DNA of 64,000 nucleotides from Octopus vulgaris. Taxonomy: Eukaryota. The DNA is taken from positions 27,962,001 to 28,026,000 of the forward strand of contig OX597821.1 in NCBI GenBank assembly GCA_951406725.2, read 5' to 3'. Below, piece after piece: positions 13,503-26,874 of this stretch. Made by a program: the position numbers and the translations under genes. The notes beneath the pieces were generated by a model. The model was not told the DNA's origin, searched no databases, and saw only the letters and a program-made list of their open reading frames with translations. Within the stretch, counting starts at the first letter, position 1. Every line of letters starts with the position of its first letter.

Positions 13503-14131
13503 ACAAAGAGAAAATATAGAGGAAAGCAGAGCAAACAGGAAGGTGAACGGAAATATGAGGGACGGGGAATATAGACAAAGACACGATACACGGAATATTA
13601 GCACCTGAGTTTTCCTCGTCAGTCAATAAATCAAAATATCATCGTGGTTTCGTGCCAATATCATTGCGACCACTCAATCCCCGAGGCGCCGTTGCTGTTT
13701 TTAAGCTGCTGGGAAAAAGCTAAGAAATTTAAACTAAGACAGAGGCAAAAAAAATTACATAAATACCACAGACGAAGAATTGTGCATTTAAAACAACACG
13801 AAGCCTTACGGCTATAGACAACGGAATATTATAATAATTATAATTATAATTATACAAATACCGCAAATACATCAGAGAGAACTTTGCAACAGAGTGTGGT
13901 AGTGCAACGGGAAATGGAACAAGTCACAAAACTACGACGATACTTTAGTTTGACTGACGAGGAAAAATTAGGTGCGAATATTCAGTGTATCGTGTCTTTC
14001 CTTTACTATGTTCGTTAAGTTTCCGTCTGATTACTCGTTTGCTCGGCTTTCGTCTACCACTTTCTCTTTGTTGTGTTCTGTCTGTTGAACACTGATACAT
14101 TCATCTAGCGCAACGTATACTTTGTTTGTTT

Positions 14132-14135
<4 letters not shown>
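13503..14135. mobile_element. Asymmetric inverted pLTR-like element with CTGACGA..GAAT hammerhead-like motif in both arms
   Basis: 13503-13670 mirrors 13890-14071 (AAAGACACGATACAC.GAATATT.GCACCT.A.TTTTCCTCGTCAGTCAA). Tail 14072-14135; flanked by (TG)n and (TA)n. Confidence 0.75.
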
Positions 14136-14201
<66 letters not shown>

Positions 14202-14205
<4 letters not shown>

Positions 14206-15488
14206 GTCATCCCTTAAGTTCTGTCCGAATTTTGAATAAAGAAAACAAATGATCAAATGCTATATTTGATTGAAATTTAATCATCAATGTACTTCCCCTC
14301 ATTACCTATGACTTCCTTCCATCTATTTACAAGCTTTTTAATCCCATCAATATAAAACTCATTTGGTTTCAAAGCAAAGAACTCTGAAATATCAGTTTCG
14401 ACCGCCTCCTGGCTTGCGAAACTTATGTCCCCCAAATGATTCTGTCAACTACGAAACAAATGCTAGTCTGAAGGAGCAAGGTCAGGAGAATAACGTGGTT
14501 GAGGAATTTTTTCCCAACCAAGCTCTTCGATCTTCTCTGATGAGATTTTTGCAGCGTGGGGTCGCCATTGTCCTAATGAAACCTCATTCCTTTTCGATTT
14601 ACTAAAGCGGGTCTTTTTGTCTTCAAAGCTTGGTTCAAACGCTCAAATTGCTGAGAGTAGTCTTGAGCATTGATTGTTGCATTAGGTTGTAACAATTCAA
14701 AGTGAATAACTCTTTTGCAATCCCACCAGATAGAGAGAAGAACATTTTTCCCATGAAGTTCCCTTCTCGGTTGTGTTTGAGCGTTTTCCCTTTTGCCAAG
14801 CCATTGTTTACGACGTTTAATATTTCGATAGAGGATCCATTTTTCGTCACCAGTCACAAGTCTATCCAAAATGGGTGAAATGAGTTCGCAAGAGTGGGGA
14901 GAAGAGCAGATGTCGACTCGGGATTTGCATTTCCTTTACGACAATTCATGAAGCACCCATTTTCCAGGTTTAGGAAGATTTCCAAGTTGTTGAAAATGAC
15001 GATGAACAGTTGTATTGCTTGCACTAAGCTTTATTGCCAATTTCTTAACTGATAATGCAGGATTTTCGTCAAGTAATGCCCCAAGGAACTTATGATCAAG
15101 CTCAGCTGGACGTCCTGATCGATCTTCATCTTCAAGATTAAAATCTCCACTTGTGTATTTTGCAAACTATCTTCTGTAAGTTCTTTCATTCAAGCATTCT
15201 TTCCAATAAACTGAGTATATGTTTCGAGTCGATTCGGTTGCAGAGTTTGGTTGTTTTTTTCCCCCATAAAGCATTATGTGCCTCAAATGCTCTTTGGATA
15301 CTTCCATGTTAGAAATGGTTTTAATCAAAGAAATTTAATTCTATTATTCTGAAAATAATATTTAATCAGTTTAAATGTACACAAATGCATACAATAAATT
15401 TTAATTCCATTAGACATTCTAGAATACTATAAAATTTCATTTCAATTTTAAAAAAGGTAAAATCTGACAGAACTTGTGGATGACCTGA
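14202..15488 (-). mobile_element. Decayed full-length mariner inserted in (TA)n
   Basis: TIRs TCAGGTCATCC..TAAGTTCTGTC.GA.TTT and AAATCTGACAGAACTTGTGGATGACCTGA. Motifs LVTGDEKWILY and YSPDLAPSD on the minus strand. Confidence 0.92.
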
Positions 15489-15518
15489 TATATATACATA
15501 CATACATACATACATACA

Positions 15519-15556
<38 letters not shown>

Positions 15557-17027
15557 TATAATATATATATAGATATAGATACATATAAATATATATACAC
15601 ACACGCACACACACATAGATAGATAGAAACATACATATATACATACGTATATATATATGAAAAAATAAATAGAAATGGTTTTTCTGACAATGGTTTCACT
15701 TTAATAATTGGGTGTTTTCCAAGTATACAAATGGTGATTCTGATAGCAGTTACTGTTTAAATTGGGAATATTTAATTATAGACATATACACACGCATATT
15801 AATACTCACCTCCTACACAGACATTTACATATAACCAAACATGAACACACACACATATATAAAGAGTGAGGGAGAGGGGGAGAGAGAGAGAGAGAGAAAG
15901 TGACTTACACACATAAATGTGCACACATAAAGACGCAGACACAAACACAGGACCTTACACATGCATACACACAGAAAAACACAGACGCTCATATTCATTC
16001 ATATATTCATCCCTATATATTGATATATATATATAATGATAAAAAATAACAACTAATTAATCAATAATGTATTCACCTTTCTTGTTTATAATTTCTTCCA
16101 AACGTTCAACAAGATTTTCACTACATCGTTTGTAGAAATCACTTGATCCAACCATGCTCTCAATTTTGCATCAGTATTGAACGAAACTCCGCGCATAGCA
16201 TTTGAAAGAGATCGAAAGAGGTGGAAATCCGTTGGTGCCAAATCAGAAGAGTAAGACGGGGGTGGCAGCACTTCCCATCCATGCGTTTGAATGGCTTCCT
16301 TGGTCATATTGGCGATATGAGGGCGGGCGTTGTCGCGCAGCAAAAGAACCCCCATGCTGTTGATTAGGTCTTTTCTCTTGAATAGCCGTGTAGAGTCGTT
16401 CCTTATGTTGAACAAAGTGTCCGCGTTGACCGTTTGGTTTCGTTCAAGTAATTCGTAATAGATAATCTCTTCCCAGTCCCACCATACGTGCAACATCGTT
16501 TTACGCGTATGAAAATCTTGTTCAAGGCGCGGTCCCGTTTGTTTACCGGGGCTAAGCCATTCCTTACGCTGCTGGATATTGATGTACAGGCACCATTTTT
16601 CGTTGACAGTAACGATTCGGTAAAGAAATCGTTGTCTGTGTCCTGAGAAATCGTTGCTTGGGTGGTGACGGAGAGGCAAAACAGCGGAGTTTGTATCTCG
16701 TTGAGTTTTGGTGTTGTCACTTAATGCATGCGAAAACCAAGCTCCATACTTCTGAACCTTTTCCACCGAGTGAAGATTTTTCTCTATAGAAGTGTGGGAC
16801 ATTCCATTTTTTCTGCCAGTTCCCTTGTCGTTTGACGAGAATTTTCGTGCAAGAGTTGGATTGATCGTTCTTTATCGAACTCTGCTGGACGGCCCGCACC
16901 CTCTCCATACACAGCACAAATGTCGCGAACAGCTTTTGCGGCCTTAGAACCTTGATTAAAAGCAAAACGAAGTAGGTGTCGAAAATGCTCGTTTTTCTTA
17001 ACTTGACATTCCATTTTAATGATCTTT

Positions 17028-17305
17028 TTATTCTTTTACTTGTTCCACCCATTTGACTGTGGACATACTAGAGCACCGCCTTTAGTCAAGAAAATCGACC
17101 CCAGGACTTAATCTTTGTAAGCCAAGTACTTATTCTATCGGTGTCTATTGCCAAACCGCTAAGTTACGGGCACGTAAACAAGCCAGCATCGGTTGTCAAG
17201 CGATGTTGGGTGGGTGGGGACGGCAAACACAGACACGCAAACATATATATATATTTACATATATACGACGGGCTTCTTTCAGTTTCCTCTACCAAATCCA
17301 CTCGC
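17028..17305 (-). mobile_element. 5'-truncated tRNA/CORE-type SINE (family of 34218-34618) nested in mariner
   Basis: Reverse complement of the body and tail of 34340-34618. Confidence 0.85.
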
Positions 17306-17338
17306 TAGTGTTTATTAATTAATTTATTTATTTTACCC

Positions 17339-17490
<152 letters not shown>

Positions 17491-18015
17491 CTGAAAAATA
17501 AACAAAAATTAACTAAAATTAACTAGAAAATAAAAACAAAATAGATTCGAAAACGATTCGAAAATAGAATTCTCGAAAACAAAAAAAGGTTCCAAAATTT
17601 AAAAACCGCAATAAATAGAAAAAAATTAAAAACCGGTTGGAACTTACTTAGTTGCCAACCCGATACGTAAGCACAAAAACAAAATCAATAATGAGTGGAG
17701 AAGGAGAATTAAGTAGATCAAGAAAAATGAAAAGAAATATTTTGGTGTGGTTATTTTATAAAGACCAATAAATGAAAAAAGTAGCCGCCGATTGCCTGTA
17801 CAACCTTTTTGATGGTATATGACCCATGGTTTAAGAACAACTTCTAATTGTTGTAATACATTATGTATTGTTATATAATATATTCAAATTCAGTGACGTA
17901 AGCATTTCTGACGAAGAATTGCTTCCTGATAGTGAACTTAACAACGCCATAAATTTTTGTCTATATGTCGGTCACCACATTTTGCATTATTATTTATCTA
18001 TTTACCGTTGCCTTT

Positions 18016-18111
18016 TTATTGTTGTTGCTGTTGTTGTTGTTGTTGTTGTTGTTCTTCTTCTTCTTCTTCATCACTTCTTACCATAATAATAACAACGATA
18101 TCAACAACAAG

Positions 18112-18191
<80 letters not shown>

Positions 18192-18203
18192 CATCATCAT
18201 CAT
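18016..18203. repeat. (TTG)n/(TTC)n/(ATT)n compound microsatellite
   Basis: Direct tandem repeats. Confidence 0.9.
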
Positions 18204-19409
18204 TTGGTAATGTAGTTTGGTTAGTAGAACTGAAAAGGCGAGAGTGCGTCAGATAACACATTCAACCATCAATGAATTATCAGCAATACGTTACTAAATT
18301 GATTAAATACACACGCACATACATACATACATACATACATACATACATACATACATACGTACATACATATATATGTAGGAATATGCATGTATACATACTT
18401 AGCACTTCCGTGGAAGTTCTGTGACTTTTAATGGGATACCTGGAATTAAATGTGAGGAATTTTGGTCGTAGTTAATATTTGTGCAAGTGTCATAGGTTAG
18501 TATTATATCTATAGAACAATTATCTGATGTATATCTGACGAAAGAAAGTGATTTGGAAATACAAGTAAACGAAAGATAGACTCTGAATTTTCGGGAGGAA
18601 AGAAAGGACAACGGATATATCATTAGAGAATACAGTGTTTGGTTTTTCTACGTGGCTTGTTTGAAGGCGAACATCACGAATCTTTACAGGATTCAGAATA
18701 AATTATAAAGAAAAACAACCCATATACTGCTAGAAAATTGTGTCAAGTCATAACTGTACGAAAAATGATTTACAGCCATCGGGAATTCGTGTTACTTAAA
18801 CACGATACCAATGATTTCCATAGGGGGTAAGCGATGGAAAACTCCACGTTTGGTAATGGAATAGCGTCGATTTTATAACATTGATTTCTTTAAGAAGATG
18901 AAATGATTGTAGAAGGCGTTCCACTTGTTTCTCGTATCTGCATTATTGAACCAATGCTAGTGTAGGAACATATAATTGCTCTCATATATTTAATTGGATG
19001 TGCCCTAATTAAGGGTGATCTTAGTGGAAATTTCAGAAATTTGATTAAACAGAATCTAAGAAATCTGTTTTTTAAAGGAAAATTCATTTGTTCAGGAAAG
19101 AAAATTAGATCAGGGATAAACATTATCAAAATATGCTCTAACTCACTTCTTAATATTTCCACCGATATGTTGTGCTAAAAGTATTTTAAAATAGAGATTT
19201 AAATATATTTAGGAAACTACAGGACTAGCAAAAATGCATTGTAGTATTTCCGCACTCATTTTTTAAAATATGTTTTCTGATTGCTTTTATAATAAAATTT
19301 CAGTTCCGATAAAATAATAAATGATGATTTATGGCTGCGATTTCATCTAAATGTCTTGGAATCTCACTTTAACGTTAAAACCTAATATTATTTGACGCGT
19401 ATGTATATG

Positions 19410-19441
<32 letters not shown>

Positions 19442-19505
19442 TGTATGTATGTATGTATGTATATATGTATGTATGTATATATGTATGTATGTATGTATCT
19501 ATCTA

Positions 19506-19568
<63 letters not shown>

Positions 19569-19840
19569 AGGGTCAAAGTTGGAAACAAAGACAGGACAGT
19601 GGAGTCATTCAAGGAAACAGAACGAAAACAAACATGGATGGTCATTGGAACAGATCGAGTGGAAAATAGTGAACGCTGGGAGTAATATTTTCTTTGGAAA
19701 GAGAAAAGATAGAAGAGTGAGATAGACAAATAGAAAACTGTGAGGGGGGAAAAAGAGATATAGAAATGGGCGTGGGAGTAAGTGTATAGAGTAGAGTCGC
19801 ATCCAAAATGGTCAGTTAAATAGTAATATAAATTAGATAT

Positions 19841-19929
<89 letters not shown>

Positions 19930-19931
<2 letters not shown>

Positions 19932-20340
19932 TAATAGGAAAATGGAGGGGATCAATAGGTGGTTCATCAACTTTTAAACATTATATTATGTTAACTTATT
20001 TATTTATTTATTAATCTGACAATTAAAAGAATATACATACATGTATAACATATGCTTTACATATAAGATATAAAATGTATTAATATATAAAGATGCCAGT
20101 AATTATTACAATATAACACACATGAATATAAATTGGGAAAATAACTTATAGCTGTTTCAGCCAAGAGGCAAAAATATCTCATTCTACCTTTATTATTCAA
20201 GTAGACTGAAGCAATACGTAGATGAAATTGAGGTACTTGGGTGTTTCTCTAGGCTTCGGCAGAGATTATAAAATACACAATGTTAAGTTATAAATAAATA
20301 GAAATATAAAATTTAAAAAAAACACACACATTTAAATACT
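19930..20340 (-). mobile_element. pLTR-like module with degenerate long-stem-II hammerhead (20141-20269)
   Basis: Minus strand ATAATCT-CTGCCGA-AGCCTAGAG..(97 nt)..CTCTTGGCT-GAAA-CAGCTA-TA-AGTTAT. The end AATAGGAAAATGGAGGGGAT resembles 57708-57727. Confidence 0.5.
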
Positions 20341-20479
20341 TATATATATATAGATATACATATACATACAAACTTTATTTCGTTGTTTGTTTTTAAATGC
20401 GCCATTTTCTATTGTATTAACTTCTTTATCCCCTATCAACCTTATTTTACGATACTTTATATTTTATTTCATTTCTATA

Positions 20480-21390
20480 TGCATGCACACATACACACAC
20501 ACATTTACATATACACTCACACGAAAACTACACCTACCCGTGTACACACATGAATGCACATATACCTCCCACACACACACCACACAATACAATACGCATA
20601 CATGCACATACAACACACACGCATACATACACGCAAACACATCCATGTACATATACCTCACATATACACCCCACACACACTACACACACACAACACGCAC
20701 ACACACGGCACACACATACAGGCGCGCGCACACACACGTACACAAACGCACACACAAATACACACGCACAAGAATGCACATATACCTAACGCACGTAACC
20801 CCACGCACACACAGACACATACATACATGCGCGCACACACACATGCACATACACAAAATACATACGCACACACGTACACACATATACGCGCACAGGCAAA
20901 TGAACACAGTCATACCTCCTACACACTCAACACACACTCATACATACACGCACACAATCATACATTCATGGACATACACACACGCACATACACGTACACA
21001 CACAGAGTAATGCACATTTGCTCCACAGACACTACCCCATACACCACTCCACGCATACACTCACACATATACACACACACGTACACACACGCACACATTG
21101 CAAACAAAACACACATACACATCCACACATACTTCAAGCTACCAGTTAAATACATTTCTACTGACCATTCTACGTACATGTGAAGGGAGACATACAAAAG
21201 ACAGTCACTCCTACTAAAGATTCTTATTATAAATTCTTCCAACGACATTAAGCGACACAAGGTCCACTCACACGTACACACATATTAACAACCACAACCA
21301 CACACACACACACACATGCATACATACACGTGCTAGTATTACACACACACACACCTGCGCGTAAGCACATACCCACAGATTCACACACAT
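20480..21390. repeat. Degenerate (CA)/(TACA)-rich low-complexity tract
   Basis: Long imperfect dinucleotide repeats. Confidence 0.9.
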
Positions 21391-21529
21391 ACTTCCTTCT
21401 CTTGCACTCTCCTGTTTTAGAAAGAACTTTTTCTTCACCCGTTCCCTTCAGGTCATGTCAAAATGTAACCACGTTTGTATACTTGTTCGAAGTTCTTCTC
21501 CCGTCTTCCCTTCTTCTGGACTTTCCTCT

Positions 21530-21564
21530 ACTTCTGAAGAAGTGCTTTGCACGAAACGTAAAAT
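21530..21564 (+). ncRNA. Minimal type-I hammerhead motif
   Basis: ACTT-CTGAAGA-A-GTGC(TTT)GCAC-GAAA-CG-TA-AAAT. Canonical core; stem III is reduced to the palindrome ACGU and stem I is weak. Confidence 0.65.
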
Positions 21565-21680
21565 CGTCTTTCTTTCCTTTCCTGAGAGACTGATAATACA
21601 GAACTTGTACCACTTCTTCGCGTTGTTGTTTTTCTTCGTCGTTCTTCTTTGTTTGGATTCACTATATATATACATATACG

Positions 21681-21795
<115 letters not shown>

Positions 21796-22519
21796 AACTT
21801 GAATGTTAATAATCATCCCCACGCGATTTGATCTCGCAATGTAAGGTAGTGAAACCAAGATATTTCAGCTTAGAATTTTGAACTCTGAGAATGAAAAGAT
21901 ACGGGAAGAACTACTTCTGTTGTTGTTTTTTGTGTTCTTTTCTGACAAATAGGAAACAATTTGAAAAATCCAGTACTAATCAGTGCTGAGTAACCTCTCC
22001 AGAATTCTGTAACATCAATAACATGTTATATATTTTACGTCAGAAGTAATATATTAGTTTACAGTTCTTAAACAATAATAAAGCAATGCACCGAAATTTC
22101 ATAATTTCCTTGCGAATCGCTTTTGTTATTTCACAAATTACAACAGTCACATTTAATTTCCATTGAAGGCTTTCCAAATTTAAAATACAAAATTCAGTCC
22201 AAACCAACATTATAATATATACGAAAGTGCTCGAAGCAATAGAAAAATCAGAAAAACCACTTCAATTTATACAAAAACTGTCTGGAAGTATGAAGAGGAC
22301 ATTGAATAAAATACTTACAGACAAATAATGTTTGAAAAAATAAAGAGGTTGTCATTTTTTCATAGATTTTCATGAAAAATCAAATGAACTAGTGACTCTT
22401 TCATTATGTACGTTACGAGATCATGGAGTGTAGCTACTTATTCAAAGCACGTGATACTACATATTTATAAGCTATGTAGACATACCACTAAATGTGTGTG
22501 TTTGTACACGTATATATTA

Positions 22520-22844
22520 GTTAGCGGTTAGACAACCATCTAAGGGATAATAAATAACCAATATACTACTGGATGTTATCTATCTATATATATATATCTG
22601 TAAAATAATATGTGACAATTATTCAATTGTCAAGATAAAACTCTGAGTTTCGGATGCCGAGGTGGAAGTCCACAACACCATCTCTTCGGTTATCTGAAGA
22701 GATGGTGCTGTGGATTTGCACCTCGGCATCCGAAACTCAGAGTTTTATCTTGGCTATTGAATAATTCGCATATACTATTTTATAGATAAATTTTCTCTAT
22801 TTACATAATGCTGAGGTCTCTTTCTTTCTTTTGTTATCTTACCG

Positions 22845-22912
<68 letters not shown>

Positions 22913-23644
22913 GATATATGTATATATATATATATATATATATACAAATGCTTACTGTTGCAAGGCAATAGTGCAATTAAATAATAGGTATGCGTGGAGG
23001 TAAACAAAAGTTTAACCAGAATTTATAAGGCAAGGAAGAAAATGGATAAGATAATTAATTGACTAACATCAGCTAGATCCATATATTAATTAATTACAAT
23101 CATATGAATATGAATAAATACATAAATAAGAATAAATATTTCTACTTTGGGAATCCAGCATGTCAAAGTTGTCACGTCATAACAATATTATACAAAGATT
23201 ATACAAAAATTGAAAAAGAATTGGATAGAAATTGGACAAAAGTGAACCCCAAAGCTTCATCGGGGAGCCGATAATAGCATCCTCTGGATATTATTTTGGA
23301 ATTTATTGTTTACAATTCTTTACTATTTTTATTATGTCATTTTTACATTTTTACTTGTTTAATTCTTGCTGTTATTGACTCCCTTTTGAAGCTGTAGGAT
23401 TCACTATTTTCTCAATTTCTGCCCAATTCTTCTTCGATTTTTGTATAATATTGATATGATGTGCCAACTTTGGCATGCTGGACCCACAAAGTAGAAACAA
23501 TTGTAAGAGTAGAATTTATATTCACTAATTTATTCTTATTCTTTTATTTATTCATATTCATATAATTGCAAATAATTAATAAATGGATGTAGCTGATGTT
23601 TGTAAGGTGATGTTTCTCAATCTCTTCATTTTCGTCATTGCCTT
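22520..23644. mobile_element. Asymmetric inverted pLTR element with long-stem-II hammerhead relic (23378-23510)
   Basis: 23027-23280 mirrors 23370-23644. The left tail (ACCATCTAAGGGAT..TTACTGTTGCA.GGCAATA) is shared with 57540-57700. ACTCC-CTTTTGA..GAAA-CAATTG-TA-AGAGT, and the left arm reads CCGATGA. Confidence 0.75.
22594..22850. mobile_element. Near-perfect palindromic double-hammerhead mini-element nested in (TA)n
   Basis: 22594-22689 mirrors 22695-22787 with almost no spacer, plus a tail to 22850. Minus HHR: GATAA-CCGAAGA-GATG..CATCC-GAAA-CTCAGAG-TT-TTATC. The plus arm has CTGAAGA. Confidence 0.8.
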
Positions 23645-23664
23645 ATATATATGTATATATATAA

Positions 23665-24070
23665 TAAAAAAATGGGACAAGAAGGCAAAACATCCAGGCA
23701 GTTATGTGATACAAAAAGGGACAAAATGTCCAGATAGACGATACAAAGAAAATAATTTCGGGTCATTCGAAGTTTACTTTCTTCAGTCAAGCAGCAGATT
23801 ATGCTCACAATTTCGGTTGATTATTTTTGAGATTGCTCCAGTCTGGCCAGCCCCAAGGAAATACTAAGCTAAGAGCATTAGAATCCTTGGCAGAGAGCAG
23901 CGAATGTATACAAAAACAAAGACGGAAAAAACGGAGAATTTTACTCAAGCCTAAAAAAAAAACAGAATAAAAATAATAACAGGACATAACAACAAGTGCT
24001 TTTCTTCTAAGGGCGAATTGAATTAAGCTGGTGCGCGTGGAAATGAAGCCTTACGGTAGAGATACAAAAG
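23665..24070 (-). mobile_element. pLTR-like repeat with TGACTGAAGA-AAG(TAAA)CTT-CGAAT motif
   Basis: Homologous to 1870-2432; starts at (TA)n. Confidence 0.6.
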
Positions 24071-24109
24071 ATTTCACAAAAACAGGGAAGAATATCGAAG
24101 TTGGATTCC

Positions 24110-24346
24110 TTTATTCTCTTACTTAATTCTGTCGTTTGGATGCAATGATGCTGGAGCACCGCCTAAATGGGTTTTAGTGGCAGGACTTATTGGACTAAAT
24201 GGGTTTTAGATACCAGGACTTATTTCTTGTAAGCCTAGTACTTATCCTTTCGGTCTCTTTTGCTGTACCGCTAAGATATGGGGACATAAACAAACCATCA
24301 TCAGTTGTTAACTGATGGCAGTGGGGACAAGCAAAGAAACACGCAA

Positions 24347-24409
<63 letters not shown>

Positions 24410-24573
24410 GGATGGGCTCTTTCGGCTTCCGTTTACCAAATCCACTCACAAGGCTTTGGTAGGCCCGAGGCTATAGCAGAAGTCACTTGCCCAAAGTGAC
24501 TCGCAGTGGGACTGAACCCAGAGACATGTGGTTCAGAAGCAAGCTTCTTAGCACACAAGCACGCCTGTGCCTA
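24110..24573 (-). mobile_element. Full-length tRNA/CORE-type SINE
   Basis: Reverse complement of 34218-34618, with the head GGCACAGGCGTG..GGTTCAGTCCC and the TTGGGCAAGTG core. Confidence 0.9.
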
Positions 24574-24574
24574 C

Positions 24575-24637
<63 letters not shown>

Positions 24638-26087
24638 TGAGAGAGTGTGTGTGTGTTTGTTTATGTGTTAAATAAAATGGGATAAAAAGGCCAAGGCAAT
24701 TTGCTATTTCTAGGACATTTATAAATAGAAAGGTAGTTTTACAGCTGTTTCACGGAATAAATGGTGTCTCATAATCAGAGACGTGTTGGAAGAGCTGCAT
24801 AGATGGAATTAGCAGAGTTCATTTTTTTTAGACGTTATTCTGGAGAGCGAGAGATATACAAGAAATTAGATGTAATACGCAAAGTATAAAAGGAAAATAT
24901 GAACGTAAAATACATGTTGGATGTTAAAGTTGAGTTCCGTTATCCATGAAATGTGTTTTATAGAATGGGCAAAGAGGCTTCTTGTCCATGATGTGTAAAG
25001 TACGATAAGAAATCATGTTGTTATTTTAAATGGATAGCGTGCAGACGTTAATTCCGTGTGTTTTTCATTCAAAAGGATCTTGTAGTACAAATCAGTTTAG
25101 AGTTATACTAGTAAGGGAAAGTAGATAAAGAGAGGAATGGATAAATAAGACTGTTAGACGGAGGAAAGAAGTATGAGTGGGTGAGAGTTGTAGTGGTAAG
25201 AAAAAATTGGTGGAGTGATATTCTTAACGGCTAGAGTAGAGGTGCAGAATGAAAAAAAAAAAGAAATAGAGAAAAGAAAAAAGGAATGTTAGATGCTGGT
25301 CAAGATACTGTAAAGTGTGGGGAGAGGAGAGGTATTAATGGATAACAGGAATGGCTAAGGATAACAAGAAGAAATAAGAAGGTAAGAAAGGAGTATGTGT
25401 GAAAAGTTGAGGTGAGGGATAATTTTGAGAAGGCACTAAGGTGGAGAGATAGATAAAGAATGTGGAACATTGGAGAGGGAGTACTAATGTGAGTAGTAAA
25501 CCTCGAGAAGGAAGGGAAGGGAGTGAAATACTAAGGAAGAATGCTTGGAATTAAGGGGTAAATGTGGGGATATAATGGTCAAGTTTCTAAAAATAAATGT
25601 AGGCATTTATATGAAATCAGGGAGTGTACTAGTTAAGTGAACAAAGAAAGTTATAGAGGAGAAGGATAAATCTGTGGGAAAGAGAAAATATACACATATA
25701 TACGCACATGTGCAGAGGCACATGCATATATATGTATATATACGCATATGGATGTAGGCCCGCTTACTCACACACACATGCATATATATATGTACCCATA
25801 CACACACAGACACACGCACATATATTAAACAATTAAAAAATTGATAAGACGAAAAAAATTAATAAGTTAAGAAATTAAAAAGTCAAACATGTTTCTTCGA
25901 GTTAACCGTGGGGTATTCAGCATATGTAAATGTGAGGTGATTTAGGTTGCATTTGGATTTGTGATAAAATTTGTGAAAAAATTGTGAAATATGTGAAAAA
26001 GGTGTGAAAAATGCGGTGGTTGCATGTAGCTAGGACATCATTATACTTATTTAGTAATATTAAAGAATTATGTGTTAATATATGTAT

Positions 26088-26416
26088 GGAATGTGGCTTT
26101 CGGGCATAGCTTACAAGCTAAGCGTTGACCTTGATGTAGAAGTCCTCAATTAATTATGGACAATGATGAGTTATATGGAATATTCCTACGTTTAAGATGA
26201 TATATTTGACTGGCGAGGGTTTGGATTTACTGTGTTTCTCATATCTAAAGAATTGAGATGTGCAGAGTATCTCTGTTTAAAGTTTATGGTGGATATTATG
26301 TATATGCTTGTGGAATTGTGTTGCATGTTGAGGATGGTGCATTAGTAAATTACGTTAAATCTTCTGCAAAGGGTTTCTAGAAGGCATATCGTTCCAGGGC
26401 AGCAGTTACATTGTAG
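26088..26416 (-). pseudogene. GIY-YIG endonuclease relic of a Penelope-like element (Naiad-like cysteine pattern)
   Basis: Manual translation with one frameshift and stops: QCNCCPGTICLLETLCRRFNVIY*CTI..IYIIST.NFKQRYSAHLNS/FRYEKHSKSKTLASQIYHLKRRNIPY..ACKLC. Confidence 0.75.
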
Positions 26417-26522
26417 ATCATTGTGGAGTATATTCTCAGGAATGGAAGAAGTGATAATATATAGGCAGAGGTTAGAGATAGGGGTAGATTAGTCCGTATT
26501 ATTAACGTTGTTATTATTATTG

Positions 26523-26618
<96 letters not shown>

Positions 26619-26828
26619 CATGGATATGAAGCCTCTTTACTCATTCTACACTGCACATTTCTTGGATGACAGAACAGCAATTTTAACAATCAACATGTAT
26701 TTTACTTTCATAGTTTCCTTTTAAACTTTCTGCATTACATCTAATTTCTTGCATAATCTCTCCCTCTCCAGAATAACTTCTAAAAATTGGATTCTACTAA
26801 TTCCTTTTATAGAAGCTCTGTTAACTCC

Positions 26829-26874
26829 TCTCTGATGATGGGATGTCGTTTATTTTCCTGAAACAGCTGTAAGA
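26829..26874 (+). ncRNA. Minimal type-I hammerhead ribozyme
   Basis: TCT-CTGATGA-T-GGGA..TTCC-T-GAAA-CAGCTG-TA-AGA. Canonical core, palindromic stem III, GUA triplet. Confidence 0.8.

Noticed and set aside
21150-21265. Possible GIY-YIG C-terminal relic upstream of the 21530 HHR (similar hint at 55990-56140)
   Set aside because: Too degenerate, with stops and no diagnostic motif.
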